Assembly: GCA_965205945.1 (NCBI GenBank)
Contig: CBDBIB010000001.1
Span: forward strand, 128,001 to 192,000
Direction: 5' to 3'
Length of the DNA: 64,000 nucleotides
DNA from: Bdellovibrionales bacterium
GTDB taxonomy: Bacteria > Bdellovibrionota > Bdellovibrionia > Bdellovibrionales > UBA1609
A program made the position numbers and the translations under genes. Shown here in pieces: positions 10,269-19,989 of this stretch. Below the pieces are notes generated by a model. That model was not told the origin of the DNA, made no database searches, and worked only from the letters and a program-made list of their open reading frames with translations. How positions within the stretch are numbered: position 1 is the first letter of the stretch; the number at the start of each line of letters is the position of its first letter.

Positions 10269-10562
10269 TTTTTGTATCTATTATGAGTACTTTTGATTTT
10301 TCAATTTCGTATTTACTTAACCTACTTTTAAATTCATCTTTTTATTCTTGTTTAAAACTCACCTAGCGTTTGATAAGATTGCACCTTAAATTTATCCCTT
10401 AAAAATCATGTAAAAATATTCTTACAAACCACAACTTTAGCCTAACAGATCGACTCTTTCTTATACCTTAGTCAGATACTTTAAATAGATATTGCTTTTT
10501 CCAATAGACTTTAAATCTAAACTCACGCTAACATATTTTCTATATTTAAAAGAAAGGTTTAA

Positions 10563-11279
10563 ATGACATCTTTATTTTTCTCAACAATTTTACTTTTTAC
10601 TCTTAATGTACAAGCAAAAATATTTTCAAACTCTTATGTTAGCTTTGAACTCCCTGCAAACTGGGTATGTAAATCAGAAGGCTTTGAATATACTTGCGTT
10701 AACAAATTTAGTGAAAAACAAAAGAAAGCCATCATTATTTTAACAGCGAAAAAAAAAGGCCCCCACGATTCTTTAAAAAACTATGAAACCCATCTTAAAA
10801 AATCCCGTCAAATGAAAAACTATAAAGCTAAGACCTACTATTCAAAAAAAAAAATTGTTAAAAAAAGAAAAATATCTGGTGTGGATTGGATTGACGCAAT
10901 CCACTTAGGAGGTGAAGTAGAGACCTACTACACTCGCTATACAGCAACAACAGTAAATGCACTTGGAATCTTAGTTACTTTTTCAGCACACAAAGATCAC
11001 TACAGTAAATATAGCAATGATTTTATAAAAGCCATTCAAAGCTTAAAAGTAATCGCCTCACCTGATTTAGCCTCATCAAAATCAATAAGGGGAGTTAAAA
11101 AAAATATATTTGAGACAGGACTTTCAGACATTTTACCTGATGGAATAGCAGAAGATCTTAATGATAGCAGTAATGATGGAGTCTTTAGTTTTAATTTTTT
11201 AGGATCAAAAGGCCTTATTGGAATTTTACTTCTACTTCTCACCGGCTTAGGCGTATTTATTTATATTAGGTCTAGATAA
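10563..11279 (+). CDS. Exported protein with C-terminal membrane anchor
   Basis: Signal peptide ending VQA; C-terminal TM followed by RSR. Confidence 0.65.
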   Translation: MTSLFFSTILLFTLNVQAKIFSNSYVSFELPANWVCKSEGFEYTCVNKFSEKQKKAIIILTAKKKGPHDSLKNYETHLKKSRQMKNYKAKTYYSKKKIVKKRKISGVDWIDAIHLGGEVETYYTRYTATTVNALGILVTFSAHKDHYSKYSNDFIKAIQSLKVIASPDLASSKSIRGVKKNIFETGLSDILPDGIAEDLNDSSNDGVFSFNFLGSKGLIGILLLLLTGLGVFIYIRSR

Positions 11280-11329
11280 GATTATTATTTATATTAAAAC
11301 ATAACAAATTATTAATATAATATCTAAAC

Positions 11330-11890
11330 TCAGTGACAAAAACAGTCCTTTGAATGACTATCTACAATTCCTACTGCCTGTAAATACGCATATGTAATAG
11401 TAGAACCTATAAATTTAAAACCTTTTTTCTTAAGATCTTTAGAAATTCGATCACTTAAAGCTGTTTTGGTATAGTAGTCTTTAATAGATTTAGGACTATT
11501 TTTAATAATCTTCCCCTTAGTAAAAGACCATATATACTTATTAAAAGAACCAAAACTTTTTTGAATTTCTAAGAAAGCCTGTGCATTTGTTCTTGTTGAA
11601 TACAACTTAAGCCTATTTCTAATTATTTCTGGGTTTATTAAAATCTTTTCAAGCCTTGTATTTGTAAACTTAGAAACCTTTAAAGGGTCAAAATCAACAA
11701 AGTGTTTTTTATACCCTTTTCTTTTATTTAAAATAATTTCCCAGCTAAGACCAGCTTGAGCACCTTCTAAAATTAAGTATTCAAAATGGACTCTATCCCT
11801 CCTTACAGGCCGCCCCCACTCTTTATCATGATATTTTACATATAAAGGATTATTTAAATTTACCCAAGGACATCGCTTTTTTTCAATCAT
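11330..11890 (-). CDS. tag: DNA-3-methyladenine glycosylase I
   Basis: RCPW, YHDKEWG, LEGAQAGLSW, IIRNRLK, HSKDC. Confidence 0.95.
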   Translation of the reverse strand: MIEKKRCPWVNLNNPLYVKYHDKEWGRPVRRDRVHFEYLILEGAQAGLSWEIILNKRKGYKKHFVDFDPLKVSKFTNTRLEKILINPEIIRNRLKLYSTRTNAQAFLEIQKSFGSFNKYIWSFTKGKIIKNSPKSIKDYYTKTALSDRISKDLKKKGFKFIGSTITYAYLQAVGIVDSHSKDCFCH

Positions 11891-12291
11891 AACCTAAACC
11901 CCTTAGGAAAAAGCATGGAAAGCTTATAAAATTTTTCTTGCTTAAAATCTCTTGAAAAAGACACCACTTTTATATCTCCTCCAACTTGAACAAATTCAAA
12001 AATACTCTGTCTACAAATACCGCATGGCCAAATAGGCTCATCAGTTTCTGAAAGAACATAAACTTTTAAAATACACGCCTTAGGTCCCTCTTTACTAACC
12101 ATCTTAACAATGCATGTACGCTCAGCACAAATCGTTGCCGCCATTGTAGAGTTTTCAACATTACAACCATAATAAAAATATCCAGCTTTTGACTCTATAC
12201 ATGCTGCCACTTTAAATCTTGAAAACGGTGAATATGAATTGCTTAAAACTTTAGCTAAGGCCCTTTTTTCAAATTTTGTTTCTCCTACCAT
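11887..12291 (-). CDS. cdd: Cytidine deaminase
   Basis: SPFSRFKVAA, GCNVEN, ICAER, PCGICRQ. Confidence 0.92.
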   Translation of the reverse strand: MVGETKFEKRALAKVLSNSYSPFSRFKVAACIESKAGYFYYGCNVENSTMAATICAERTCIVKMVSKEGPKACILKVYVLSETDEPIWPCGICRQSIFEFVQVGGDIKVVSFSRDFKQEKFYKLSMLFPKGFRL

Positions 12292-12344
12292 TTTTTAAAC
12301 CTCCAATATAAGATTATATCTATATACTTAAATAAGGATACACT

Positions 12345-13835
12345 GTGAGCTTAAAAATCTATAACACTTTAAGTAGAAAACTTGAACCCTTTAAAGCAAT
12401 AAACCCTCCACAAGTTAAAATGTATTGCTGTGGCCCCACTGTTTATGATTTTTTACATGTAGGAAACTTTAGAGGAGCTGTTTTTTATAACCTTTTAAGA
12501 AACCATCTTGAAAATGAAGGTTTTAAAGTAACTTACGTCTATAATTTCACTGACATTGATGACAAAATCATAAAACGAGCAAATGACGAAGGCTTAAGCC
12601 CTTTTGATATTTCAAATAAATATATTAAAGAATTTAAAAAAGATTTTAAGCTTTTAAAACTTCGACCACACTCAATAAATCCAAGAGTTACAGAATCTTT
12701 AGATTCAATAATTCAAGTGATTAAAGATCTTATTAAAAATGAGACTGCATACGTTATAGATAGTGAAGTTTTTTTTTCCATAGATAAGTTTAAAGATTAT
12801 GGAAAACTCAGCCATCAAAGACCTGATGAACTTTTAAAAGGAACAAGAAAAAAGATTGATCCTAAAAAAAGGAACTCTCTAGATTTCACCCTTTGGAAAC
12901 CCGCTAAAGATACTGAACAGTCTTTTGACTCTCCATGGGGAAAGGGACGTCCAGGTTGGCATATTGAGTGCACTGCAATGATTAAAAAATATTTAGGCGA
13001 TAATATAGATATTCATGGTGGAGGCTTAGATCTTTTATTCCCACATCATGAAAATGAAATAGCTCAATCTAAAAGCTGTTCTCATGGTGGAGAATATGTA
13101 AAGTACTGGGTACACAATAATATGTTTACATTTTCAGGCTCTAAAATGTCTAAATCTCTTGGAAATATTAAAACCATGCGTTTCTTTTTAGAAGAGTACC
13201 ATCCTGAAATTTTTAAATTTATTGTTTTAAGCTCACATTACCGATCAGAAACTGAATTCACCGATCAGGCCATACAAAAAGCCATGCAAAGCCTTGCAAG
13301 AATTTATTCAGCTCTACAAATCGCTGAAAATAACGCTTCAAATATGATTATTAAACCTTTACTAAAAGGCTCTGCATTAAAATTTAATACCTATATTAAA
13401 GAAAAAAAATCTGAGATCAGAAAACACCTTAACAATGATTTTGCAACACCTAAAGTTTTTTCTGTTTTTTTTAAAGTTATAAAAAAATTTAACCAATTCT
13501 CCTCCGAAAATAAAAAACTCAGCCCTGAAGCTAAAAAAATCTCTCTTATTTTACTAGAATTTTTCAAAAAATATGAAAAAACTTTTGCAATGTTTGAAGA
13601 AAAGCCCTTTAATGTTTTCTTAAAAGCTCTAGATAAAATTCTACTTAAGAGGTTAAATATTAATGAGGCTAAAATTAAAAACATAATCAATGAACGAACT
13701 AAAGCTAAGGCCAATAAAGACTATGCTAAAGCTGATTCTTTTAGAGATGAACTTTTAAAAAACATGATCACCATAAAAGATACCCCTGAAGGCACAAGCT
13801 GGGAAGTTAACAAAGTAGAATTCTTTAATCAATAG
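12345..13835 (+). CDS. cysS: Cysteine--tRNA ligase
   Basis: CGPTVY, HVGN, PGWHIEC, FPHHENE, KMSKS. Confidence 0.97.
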   Translation: MSLKIYNTLSRKLEPFKAINPPQVKMYCCGPTVYDFLHVGNFRGAVFYNLLRNHLENEGFKVTYVYNFTDIDDKIIKRANDEGLSPFDISNKYIKEFKKDFKLLKLRPHSINPRVTESLDSIIQVIKDLIKNETAYVIDSEVFFSIDKFKDYGKLSHQRPDELLKGTRKKIDPKKRNSLDFTLWKPAKDTEQSFDSPWGKGRPGWHIECTAMIKKYLGDNIDIHGGGLDLLFPHHENEIAQSKSCSHGGEYVKYWVHNNMFTFSGSKMSKSLGNIKTMRFFLEEYHPEIFKFIVLSSHYRSETEFTDQAIQKAMQSLARIYSALQIAENNASNMIIKPLLKGSALKFNTYIKEKKSEIRKHLNNDFATPKVFSVFFKVIKKFNQFSSENKKLSPEAKKISLILLEFFKKYEKTFAMFEEKPFNVFLKALDKILLKRLNINEAKIKNIINERTKAKANKDYAKADSFRDELLKNMITIKDTPEGTSWEVNKVEFFNQ

Positions 13836-13844
13836 GAGTACAGT

Positions 13845-14465
13845 ATAAAAAATATTCTAACACTCATAACCTTATTATCATTTTCAACCACTACATACTC
13901 AAAGACTTGTATTCACAGCATTAAAGAAGGCAGTCAAAAGGTTACTTGGACGGCTTTTAAGTACACTGAAAAAATAGCTGTTTCTGGAACTTTTAAGAAA
14001 ATAACCTTTACTCAATCTAAAAAAGCTCATTCTATGTCTAAACTCTTAGAATCTATTGAGTTTAAAATTAATACTAACTCTATTGATTCTAAAAACATAG
14101 CAAGAGATACGACTTTAAAAGGTTCAATCTTTAAATTTCTAAAAGTTCCCAATGTTATTTCAGGAAAAGTAGTTTCAGCAACTCAATTAAATATGATTGT
14201 TGAAATGCAATTAAATGAAAAAACACCTATGCAAATGAGCTTAAATGCTAAGGATGGAAAACTTACCTCTACAGGAACTTTAAATCTTTTAGAAAACGGC
14301 TTAAAAAAATCCTATGATTCTGTACATATAGCATGTAAAGGTCTACATATTGGAAAAGATGGTGTTTCTAAAATATGGCCCACCATAGAAATTAAAGTTC
14401 AAGCCGATTATGAGGTAAAATGTTTAAACGGTATAATAGATTCTATTAAGTCTTGGTTCTCATAA
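13845..14465 (+). CDS. YceI-family periplasmic lipid/polyisoprenoid-binding protein, ATA start codon
   Basis: The frame of ORF 14034..14465 extends 63 codons upstream to ATA at 13845, 6 nt after AGGAG. This adds signal peptide (M)KNILTLITLLSFSTTTYS and VTWTAFKYTEKIAVSGTF. SIDSKNIARD follows downstream. Confidence 0.75.
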   Translation: MKNILTLITLLSFSTTTYSKTCIHSIKEGSQKVTWTAFKYTEKIAVSGTFKKITFTQSKKAHSMSKLLESIEFKINTNSIDSKNIARDTTLKGSIFKFLKVPNVISGKVVSATQLNMIVEMQLNEKTPMQMSLNAKDGKLTSTGTLNLLENGLKKSYDSVHIACKGLHIGKDGVSKIWPTIEIKVQADYEVKCLNGIIDSIKSWFS

Positions 14466-15379
14466 GCAATCGCTCCCTTTAAGGATTTAGCCTCTACACG
14501 ACCAAGTAAATAAGGCTTAACTTTAAATTTTATCCTATACTTTTTTAAAAAGTCATAAAGACACTCTGGCTTTAGAGTCCACAAAAATCCATACTCCTCC
14601 CCTCCTTGCATTGCTATTACTTCAGGGTTTAAATCCATTTCTTTACAAGATTCTTTAAAAACCCTCTCCATAAAAAGACTCTCAATCCTAACAGAACAGT
14701 CGCTAAGTCGGCACATATTACTTAGTTCTTTATATAACCCATCTGAAATATCTGTAAGACTTGTGACCTCTTTAAACATTGCCAACCACGCGCCTAATTC
14801 TTGATTAAGTTTTGGAAACAAAAATTTTTCTATAAATTCAGATTTTAAAGTATTTTTCTTAAACTGCTTAAATCCTAATAATGCATGGCCTAAGTGAGCA
14901 TCAGTCATTAAAACATCTCCTCTAATAGCACCATTATTTGTTTTAATAAATTCTTTCCGCTGATAGCCGGAGGCCTGTATAACTACACAAAAAAAAGCAC
15001 CTCTTACAATATCTCCGCCTAAAAGCTTTACGTTGTGTTGAGTAGACGCTTTTTTAAGACCTTTTAAAAATTCATAAAAATCAGTTTTGCAAAAAGTCTT
15101 AGGGATAATTAAACTCAATGAATAAAAACTAGGGTTTGCTCCCATAGCATAAACATCACTAATTGAAGCCACCAAAGACTTCCACCCTACTGATAAATAC
15201 CCCATATCTTTTATAAAATGAGTGCCTTCAACAAATGAATCTGTGGACTGAACTATACATTCACTTAAATGACATGGTGGAATAATATAAGCATCATCAC
15301 CAAAACTGCTAAATCCGTACTTTGGCCTCTTACAGTTTAGCTTTTCAGCAATTAAATCTATTATTGTTGACTCATCCAT
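14408..15379 (-). CDS. thiL: Thiamine-monophosphate kinase
   Basis: GDDA, STDSFVEGTHF, SDVYAMGA, GGD, DISDGL, GGEEY. Confidence 0.92.
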   Translation of the reverse strand: MDESTIIDLIAEKLNCKRPKYGFSSFGDDAYIIPPCHLSECIVQSTDSFVEGTHFIKDMGYLSVGWKSLVASISDVYAMGANPSFYSLSLIIPKTFCKTDFYEFLKGLKKASTQHNVKLLGGDIVRGAFFCVVIQASGYQRKEFIKTNNGAIRGDVLMTDAHLGHALLGFKQFKKNTLKSEFIEKFLFPKLNQELGAWLAMFKEVTSLTDISDGLYKELSNMCRLSDCSVRIESLFMERVFKESCKEMDLNPEVIAMQGGEEYGFLWTLKPECLYDFLKKYRIKFKVKPYLLGRVEAKSLKGAIAYENQDLIESIIPFKHFTS

Positions 15380-15452
15380 ATATCTATAATCTATACCTTT
15401 TTGTATAAAAATTAACTAGAACTATTTATAAAAAATCTATTATGGAGCTGTC

Positions 15453-16505
15453 ATGAAAAAAACTATAGTAATTGCCTTTATATTTATGTTCACTATTTAT
15501 CAAGGCTACATAGAACTTAGACCCACTAAAAAAATATCTAATGTCATTAATCAAAAACGTATTTCTATTATGACTTATAATGTTGAAAATCTTTTTGACA
15601 CATTAAATGATGTTGGAAAAAATGATGAAACTTTTTTACCTAAACTTAAAAAAAATAAGGCAATACAAAAAAAATGCAGACAAAATAGACGTCGACATTG
15701 GGTTAAAGAATGCTTAAACACTAATTGGACTAAATTTAAACTTGAAGTGAAAATGAAACGCTTAGCTTCTGTTATAAAAGGCTATAAAAGCTCAGGACCA
15801 GATATTTTAATTTTAGAAGAAGTAGAAAATATTAATGTTCTTAATATTTTTAACAATAAACACCTTGGTTATAAGAATGTAATTCTTCTTGAGGGACCTG
15901 ATAAACGGGGAATTGATGTTGCCCTTTTAACAAAACTTGATTCTGTAAAAAAACCTAAACTTCACCTACAAAGATTTAAAAGTAATAGTGAACAAAAAAA
16001 TCCAAGCGTAACACCCACAAGAGGTATTTTAGAAGTTTTTTTAAAACTTCCAAACAATGAAATTTTAAATGTGTTTGGCCTTCATTTTCCTTCTCAAAAC
16101 TCGCCTACAGAAACAAGAAAACAAGCCATCCAACTGCTAAATAAATTAAAAAGTAAAAGAAACTATCTCTCCATTGCTGGAGGTGACTTTAATATCACTC
16201 AAAATGAATCTTTCTTATATAAACAAGATTTATCAAAAACCTGGGATGTTTCACACCTAATTGGTTGCAAAAACTGTAAGGGCTCTAACTATTACCATAG
16301 AAAAAGAACATGGTCATTTTTAGATGCTCTTTTATTTTCTAAAAATTTTGGAAAAACTTGGAAAATTGATAAAAACTCTATAAATGTTTTTAATCAAATA
16401 GATGTTCAAAATAATCAATACGGCTCCCCTAAAAAATTCAATATGGGTAAAGATCAAACTGGAGTTTCCGATCATTGGCCTGTTGTTGGAGAAATCTACT
16501 TGTAA
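15453..16505 (+). CDS. Secreted endonuclease/exonuclease/phosphatase family protein
   Basis: YNVENLFD, EEVEN, DKRGIDVALL, HFPS, GDFN, SDHWPV. Confidence 0.9.
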   Translation: MKKTIVIAFIFMFTIYQGYIELRPTKKISNVINQKRISIMTYNVENLFDTLNDVGKNDETFLPKLKKNKAIQKKCRQNRRRHWVKECLNTNWTKFKLEVKMKRLASVIKGYKSSGPDILILEEVENINVLNIFNNKHLGYKNVILLEGPDKRGIDVALLTKLDSVKKPKLHLQRFKSNSEQKNPSVTPTRGILEVFLKLPNNEILNVFGLHFPSQNSPTETRKQAIQLLNKLKSKRNYLSIAGGDFNITQNESFLYKQDLSKTWDVSHLIGCKNCKGSNYYHRKRTWSFLDALLFSKNFGKTWKIDKNSINVFNQIDVQNNQYGSPKKFNMGKDQTGVSDHWPVVGEIYL

Positions 16506-16843
16506 AAAAAATCAAAGACATTTTTTTTAACACCCACTCCCATATATTAATTCTTATTAATACAATGCTTTTATTTTTTTTAAAAAAGTAACCCTTAATT
16601 CATAAAAATTAATAGTGTTATTTCTAATAATAATTATTACTGACAACTATAGATTTCTCTATCATAGTTTTAAATCCTAAAATAGTAAAAGTATTGCTTT
16701 AATTTTAAGCTTTCACTCTCTGTCTAATTGATTTTCAAACAATAGTGCTCTTTTATAAAGAAGGTTATAACTTTCATGACTAGCTTGATAAAAGGTTCTC
16801 CAACATGAAGAGCTAGTATTATTAAGGAGGTTTTAAAAAAAAA

Positions 16844-18592
16844 ATGATTAATGTTTCAGGACTTTCAAAAGCATATTCTGGACGAGAACTCTTCTCTAAT
16901 ATTTCTTTTACTCTAAGCAAAAATGAAGTTTTAGGCTTAGTAGGTCGTAATGGCTGTGGCAAGTCCACACTAATGAAAATTATTCTAAAATTAGAAGATA
17001 TGGATAAGGGCCTTATTACCTTTCCTAAAGGCTATATTGTAGGTCACCTAGATCAACATATTAAGTTTACAAAAAATACCTTAATTAATGAGGCCTGCAC
17101 ATCACTTCCTCCAGGAAGAACTCTAGAAATTTATTTAGCTGAAAAAACACTTTTCGGTTTAGGCTTTACACAAGAAGACCTTAAAAAAAATCCTTATATT
17201 TTCTCCGGTGGTTATCAATTAAGAATTAATCTTGCAAAATGTTTACTTAGTGAACCAAATCTTTTAATTTTAGATGAACCAACAAACTACCTTGATATTT
17301 TAAGCATCAACTGGATGAAATCTGTTATTAAAAAATATAACGGTGAAGTTATCCTAATCACTCATGATAAAGAATTTATGAACTCAGTTATCACCCACAC
17401 TGGTGGAATTCATAGAGGAAACTTTAAAAAAATTAAAGGCAGCACCGATAAATACTATGAACAACTTGCCCTAGAGGAAAAAATTTTTGAAAAAACGCGT
17501 ATAAATCAAATTAAAAAAAAACATGAGCTTGAAAAATTTGTAGAACGTTTTGGAGCAAAAGCCTCAAAAGCTTCCCAAGCTCAGTCTAAAATGAAACAAA
17601 TTAATAAAATAAAAATTTTAGATAAGCTTAGTGACGAGCAAAATTTAGGTTTTAAGTTTAACTATGCTCTAACTCCAGCTAAAACATTAATAACTGCTAA
17701 AAACCTTACTTTTGGATTTGATAAGCCCTTAATTCAAAATTTAAGTTTTAATATTAAAAATGGTGATCGTTTAGGGGTTATAGGAAAAAATGGAGGGGGT
17801 AAAACAACACTTTTAAACCTTTTATATGGACAGTTTCACCTTCCTAAAGGATCTACAATTACAACACACCCTGACTGCAATATTAACTACTACCAGCAAA
17901 CCAACAGAAAAGACCTAAATCCAGAACTCACTATACATGAAGAAATCTGTGCAGAAAACCCCACCCTTTCTTTAACACAATCTCATCAGATTTGTGGAGC
18001 CATGATGTTTCCTGGAGATGATGCAAAAAAAAAGATCAATGTTTTATCTGGGGGCGAGCAAAGCCGTGTTCTTTTAGGAAAAGTTATTGCAACACCTTGT
18101 AATGTTTTATTCTTAGATGAGCCCACCAATCATTTAGATTTAGAATCTATTGAGTCTTTAATCCAAGAAGTGAATAAGTTTCCAGGGCCAGTAGTTTTTG
18201 TTACTCATAGCGAAGAGTTTTTAAAACGTATTGCTACAAAACTTATTTATTTTAAAGATGGAAACACTGTTTTTTTTGACGATAATTATAATGAATTTTT
18301 AAATAAAATTGGCTGGGATAGTGGCTCTATTATAAAAAAGAAAGAAAAAAAATCTAAGTATTTTTCAAATGCTAAAAAACTTAAGCCCTTAGAGCGAGAT
18401 ATTCAAAAACTTGAAGAACGCATTTTAAATCTTGAAAAGAAAATAAAAAAAACCCAAGAGTCTTTATGTGGTGAATGGCAAAAAGATACCAGCGCCTACG
18501 CAAATATAAAAAAACATCAAATTAAAATAGATGAGTATTTTTCTGATCTAGAAAAAAAAATAACTCAATTAGAAATTTTAAAAAACTCTTAA
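16844..18592 (+). CDS. ABC-F family ATPase
   Basis: Two ABC cassettes (GRNGCGKST, GKNGGGKTT), two LDEPTN motifs, no TM segments, C-terminal coiled coil. Confidence 0.92.
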   Translation: MINVSGLSKAYSGRELFSNISFTLSKNEVLGLVGRNGCGKSTLMKIILKLEDMDKGLITFPKGYIVGHLDQHIKFTKNTLINEACTSLPPGRTLEIYLAEKTLFGLGFTQEDLKKNPYIFSGGYQLRINLAKCLLSEPNLLILDEPTNYLDILSINWMKSVIKKYNGEVILITHDKEFMNSVITHTGGIHRGNFKKIKGSTDKYYEQLALEEKIFEKTRINQIKKKHELEKFVERFGAKASKASQAQSKMKQINKIKILDKLSDEQNLGFKFNYALTPAKTLITAKNLTFGFDKPLIQNLSFNIKNGDRLGVIGKNGGGKTTLLNLLYGQFHLPKGSTITTHPDCNINYYQQTNRKDLNPELTIHEEICAENPTLSLTQSHQICGAMMFPGDDAKKKINVLSGGEQSRVLLGKVIATPCNVLFLDEPTNHLDLESIESLIQEVNKFPGPVVFVTHSEEFLKRIATKLIYFKDGNTVFFDDNYNEFLNKIGWDSGSIIKKKEKKSKYFSNAKKLKPLERDIQKLEERILNLEKKIKKTQESLCGEWQKDTSAYANIKKHQIKIDEYFSDLEKKITQLEILKNS

Positions 18593-18703
18593 AAATAGAT
18601 AATAAAAATTAACGTAGCCCTCTTAGTATTACCATATTTTATTTTCCATGAATAAATAAACTATGAAAAAAATATTAAATTTAATACTTTAGATTTTATA
18701 AAT

Positions 18704-19840
18704 TTAAGTAATTTCCTTTTTCTGAATCAAAAGCCAAGAGGTATAAGAGACAATAAGACTAACTAGAATTGGAGTGGACATAAAGTATAAGTTTAAAAAG
18801 AGATTTGTTAAATATTCTCCTATAAACATAGAGATCCAAAATACAGCGAAGAACCCAAAGGCTAAAAAAATACCAGAACCTTTAGATACTTGAGAGTGTA
18901 ATCTAATACTTAAAAGAGCACCTATAAATAGAAAAAATAAGCATGAAAATGGAGAAATATATCTTTTAATAATTTCTTTTTTGATTTTAAATATATTTTT
19001 TGTATCTTTACTAGATTTAACTGATTTTAAAAGATTAGTCGTTGTTTTATTGGAAATAGGAACTGTAGTATTTGCAGATTCCTTAGAAGAAAGAAAAAAT
19101 TTTATTTGGTATTTTTTAAAAAGTAACTTAACATTAGAAACACCATCTCTTAGTAAGGAGTACATAGTACCATTATTTAATTCAATACCAATAAGGCCTA
19201 TATCATCTACGATTACTTTTCCAGTATCGGCAAAAAGACTAAACTTGTTCCTATCATCACCGTCATAATTAATAAATACAGTTTTTAAAAAACCATCTTG
19301 GTTTTTACTTTGAATATACAATAAATAATTAGGTATTCTATTAATGAACGAACCTGGGGTAATTGCAAAAACTGCAGCGTTTCTTTTTAATTCTCTCTTC
19401 ATTGAGTCAGACCAATAATTACTCATAGGCCCTAGTGTATTAAGAGTGTATATACTTACAAAAAGACTAAGAAGTCCCATAAGAATTGCAGGAGAAGATA
19501 TTTGTAGCTTGCTATATCCAAAAGTTCCTAAAATAACAAGCTCAGAGTTCTGACTTAATAATTCGTAGCCGAAGAGAATAGAAAAAAGTAAGCAAAAGGG
19601 AATTAAAATAGGAAGATATGAAAGTATTAGGAGTGAAAATATTTTTAAAAATATATAAAATGCAGTTTGGTTAGAAAAAATTACTGAGGAAAGCTTTAAA
19701 AACTGGATTATAAATACAAAAGAAATAAGGGCAGTAAGGCTTAAAAAAAAAGAATTGCATAAATTACGTAAAACGTATCCAAAGACTTTTGGAGGCATAA
19801 CTAGGTCTTTAAGAAAGCTAGATTTATAACTAAATAGCAT
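18704..19840 (-). CDS. lptF: LPS export permease LptF/LptG family
   Basis: Three plus three TM layout; LSQNSELVILGTFGYS; PGSFI; periplasmic beta region. True start may be the second Met (MPPKV). Confidence 0.8.
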   Translation of the reverse strand: MLFSYKSSFLKDLVMPPKVFGYVLRNLCNSFFLSLTALISFVFIIQFLKLSSVIFSNQTAFYIFLKIFSLLILSYLPILIPFCLLFSILFGYELLSQNSELVILGTFGYSKLQISSPAILMGLLSLFVSIYTLNTLGPMSNYWSDSMKRELKRNAAVFAITPGSFINRIPNYLLYIQSKNQDGFLKTVFINYDGDDRNKFSLFADTGKVIVDDIGLIGIELNNGTMYSLLRDGVSNVKLLFKKYQIKFFLSSKESANTTVPISNKTTTNLLKSVKSSKDTKNIFKIKKEIIKRYISPFSCLFFLFIGALLSIRLHSQVSKGSGIFLAFGFFAVFWISMFIGEYLTNLFLNLYFMSTPILVSLIVSYTSWLLIQKKEIT

Positions 19841-19989
19841 AAAAACAGTTACCTTAGGTTATTTAGACTAACAAGCCTATTTTAATAATTTAAAATAAGT
19901 TTATCCTAGTGTATTATAATGTGTAGAGCTGTCTAAATAGGTTAAGATTTGAGCAAAAACATTAAATTTTCATAAATTAAGACAGAGTT

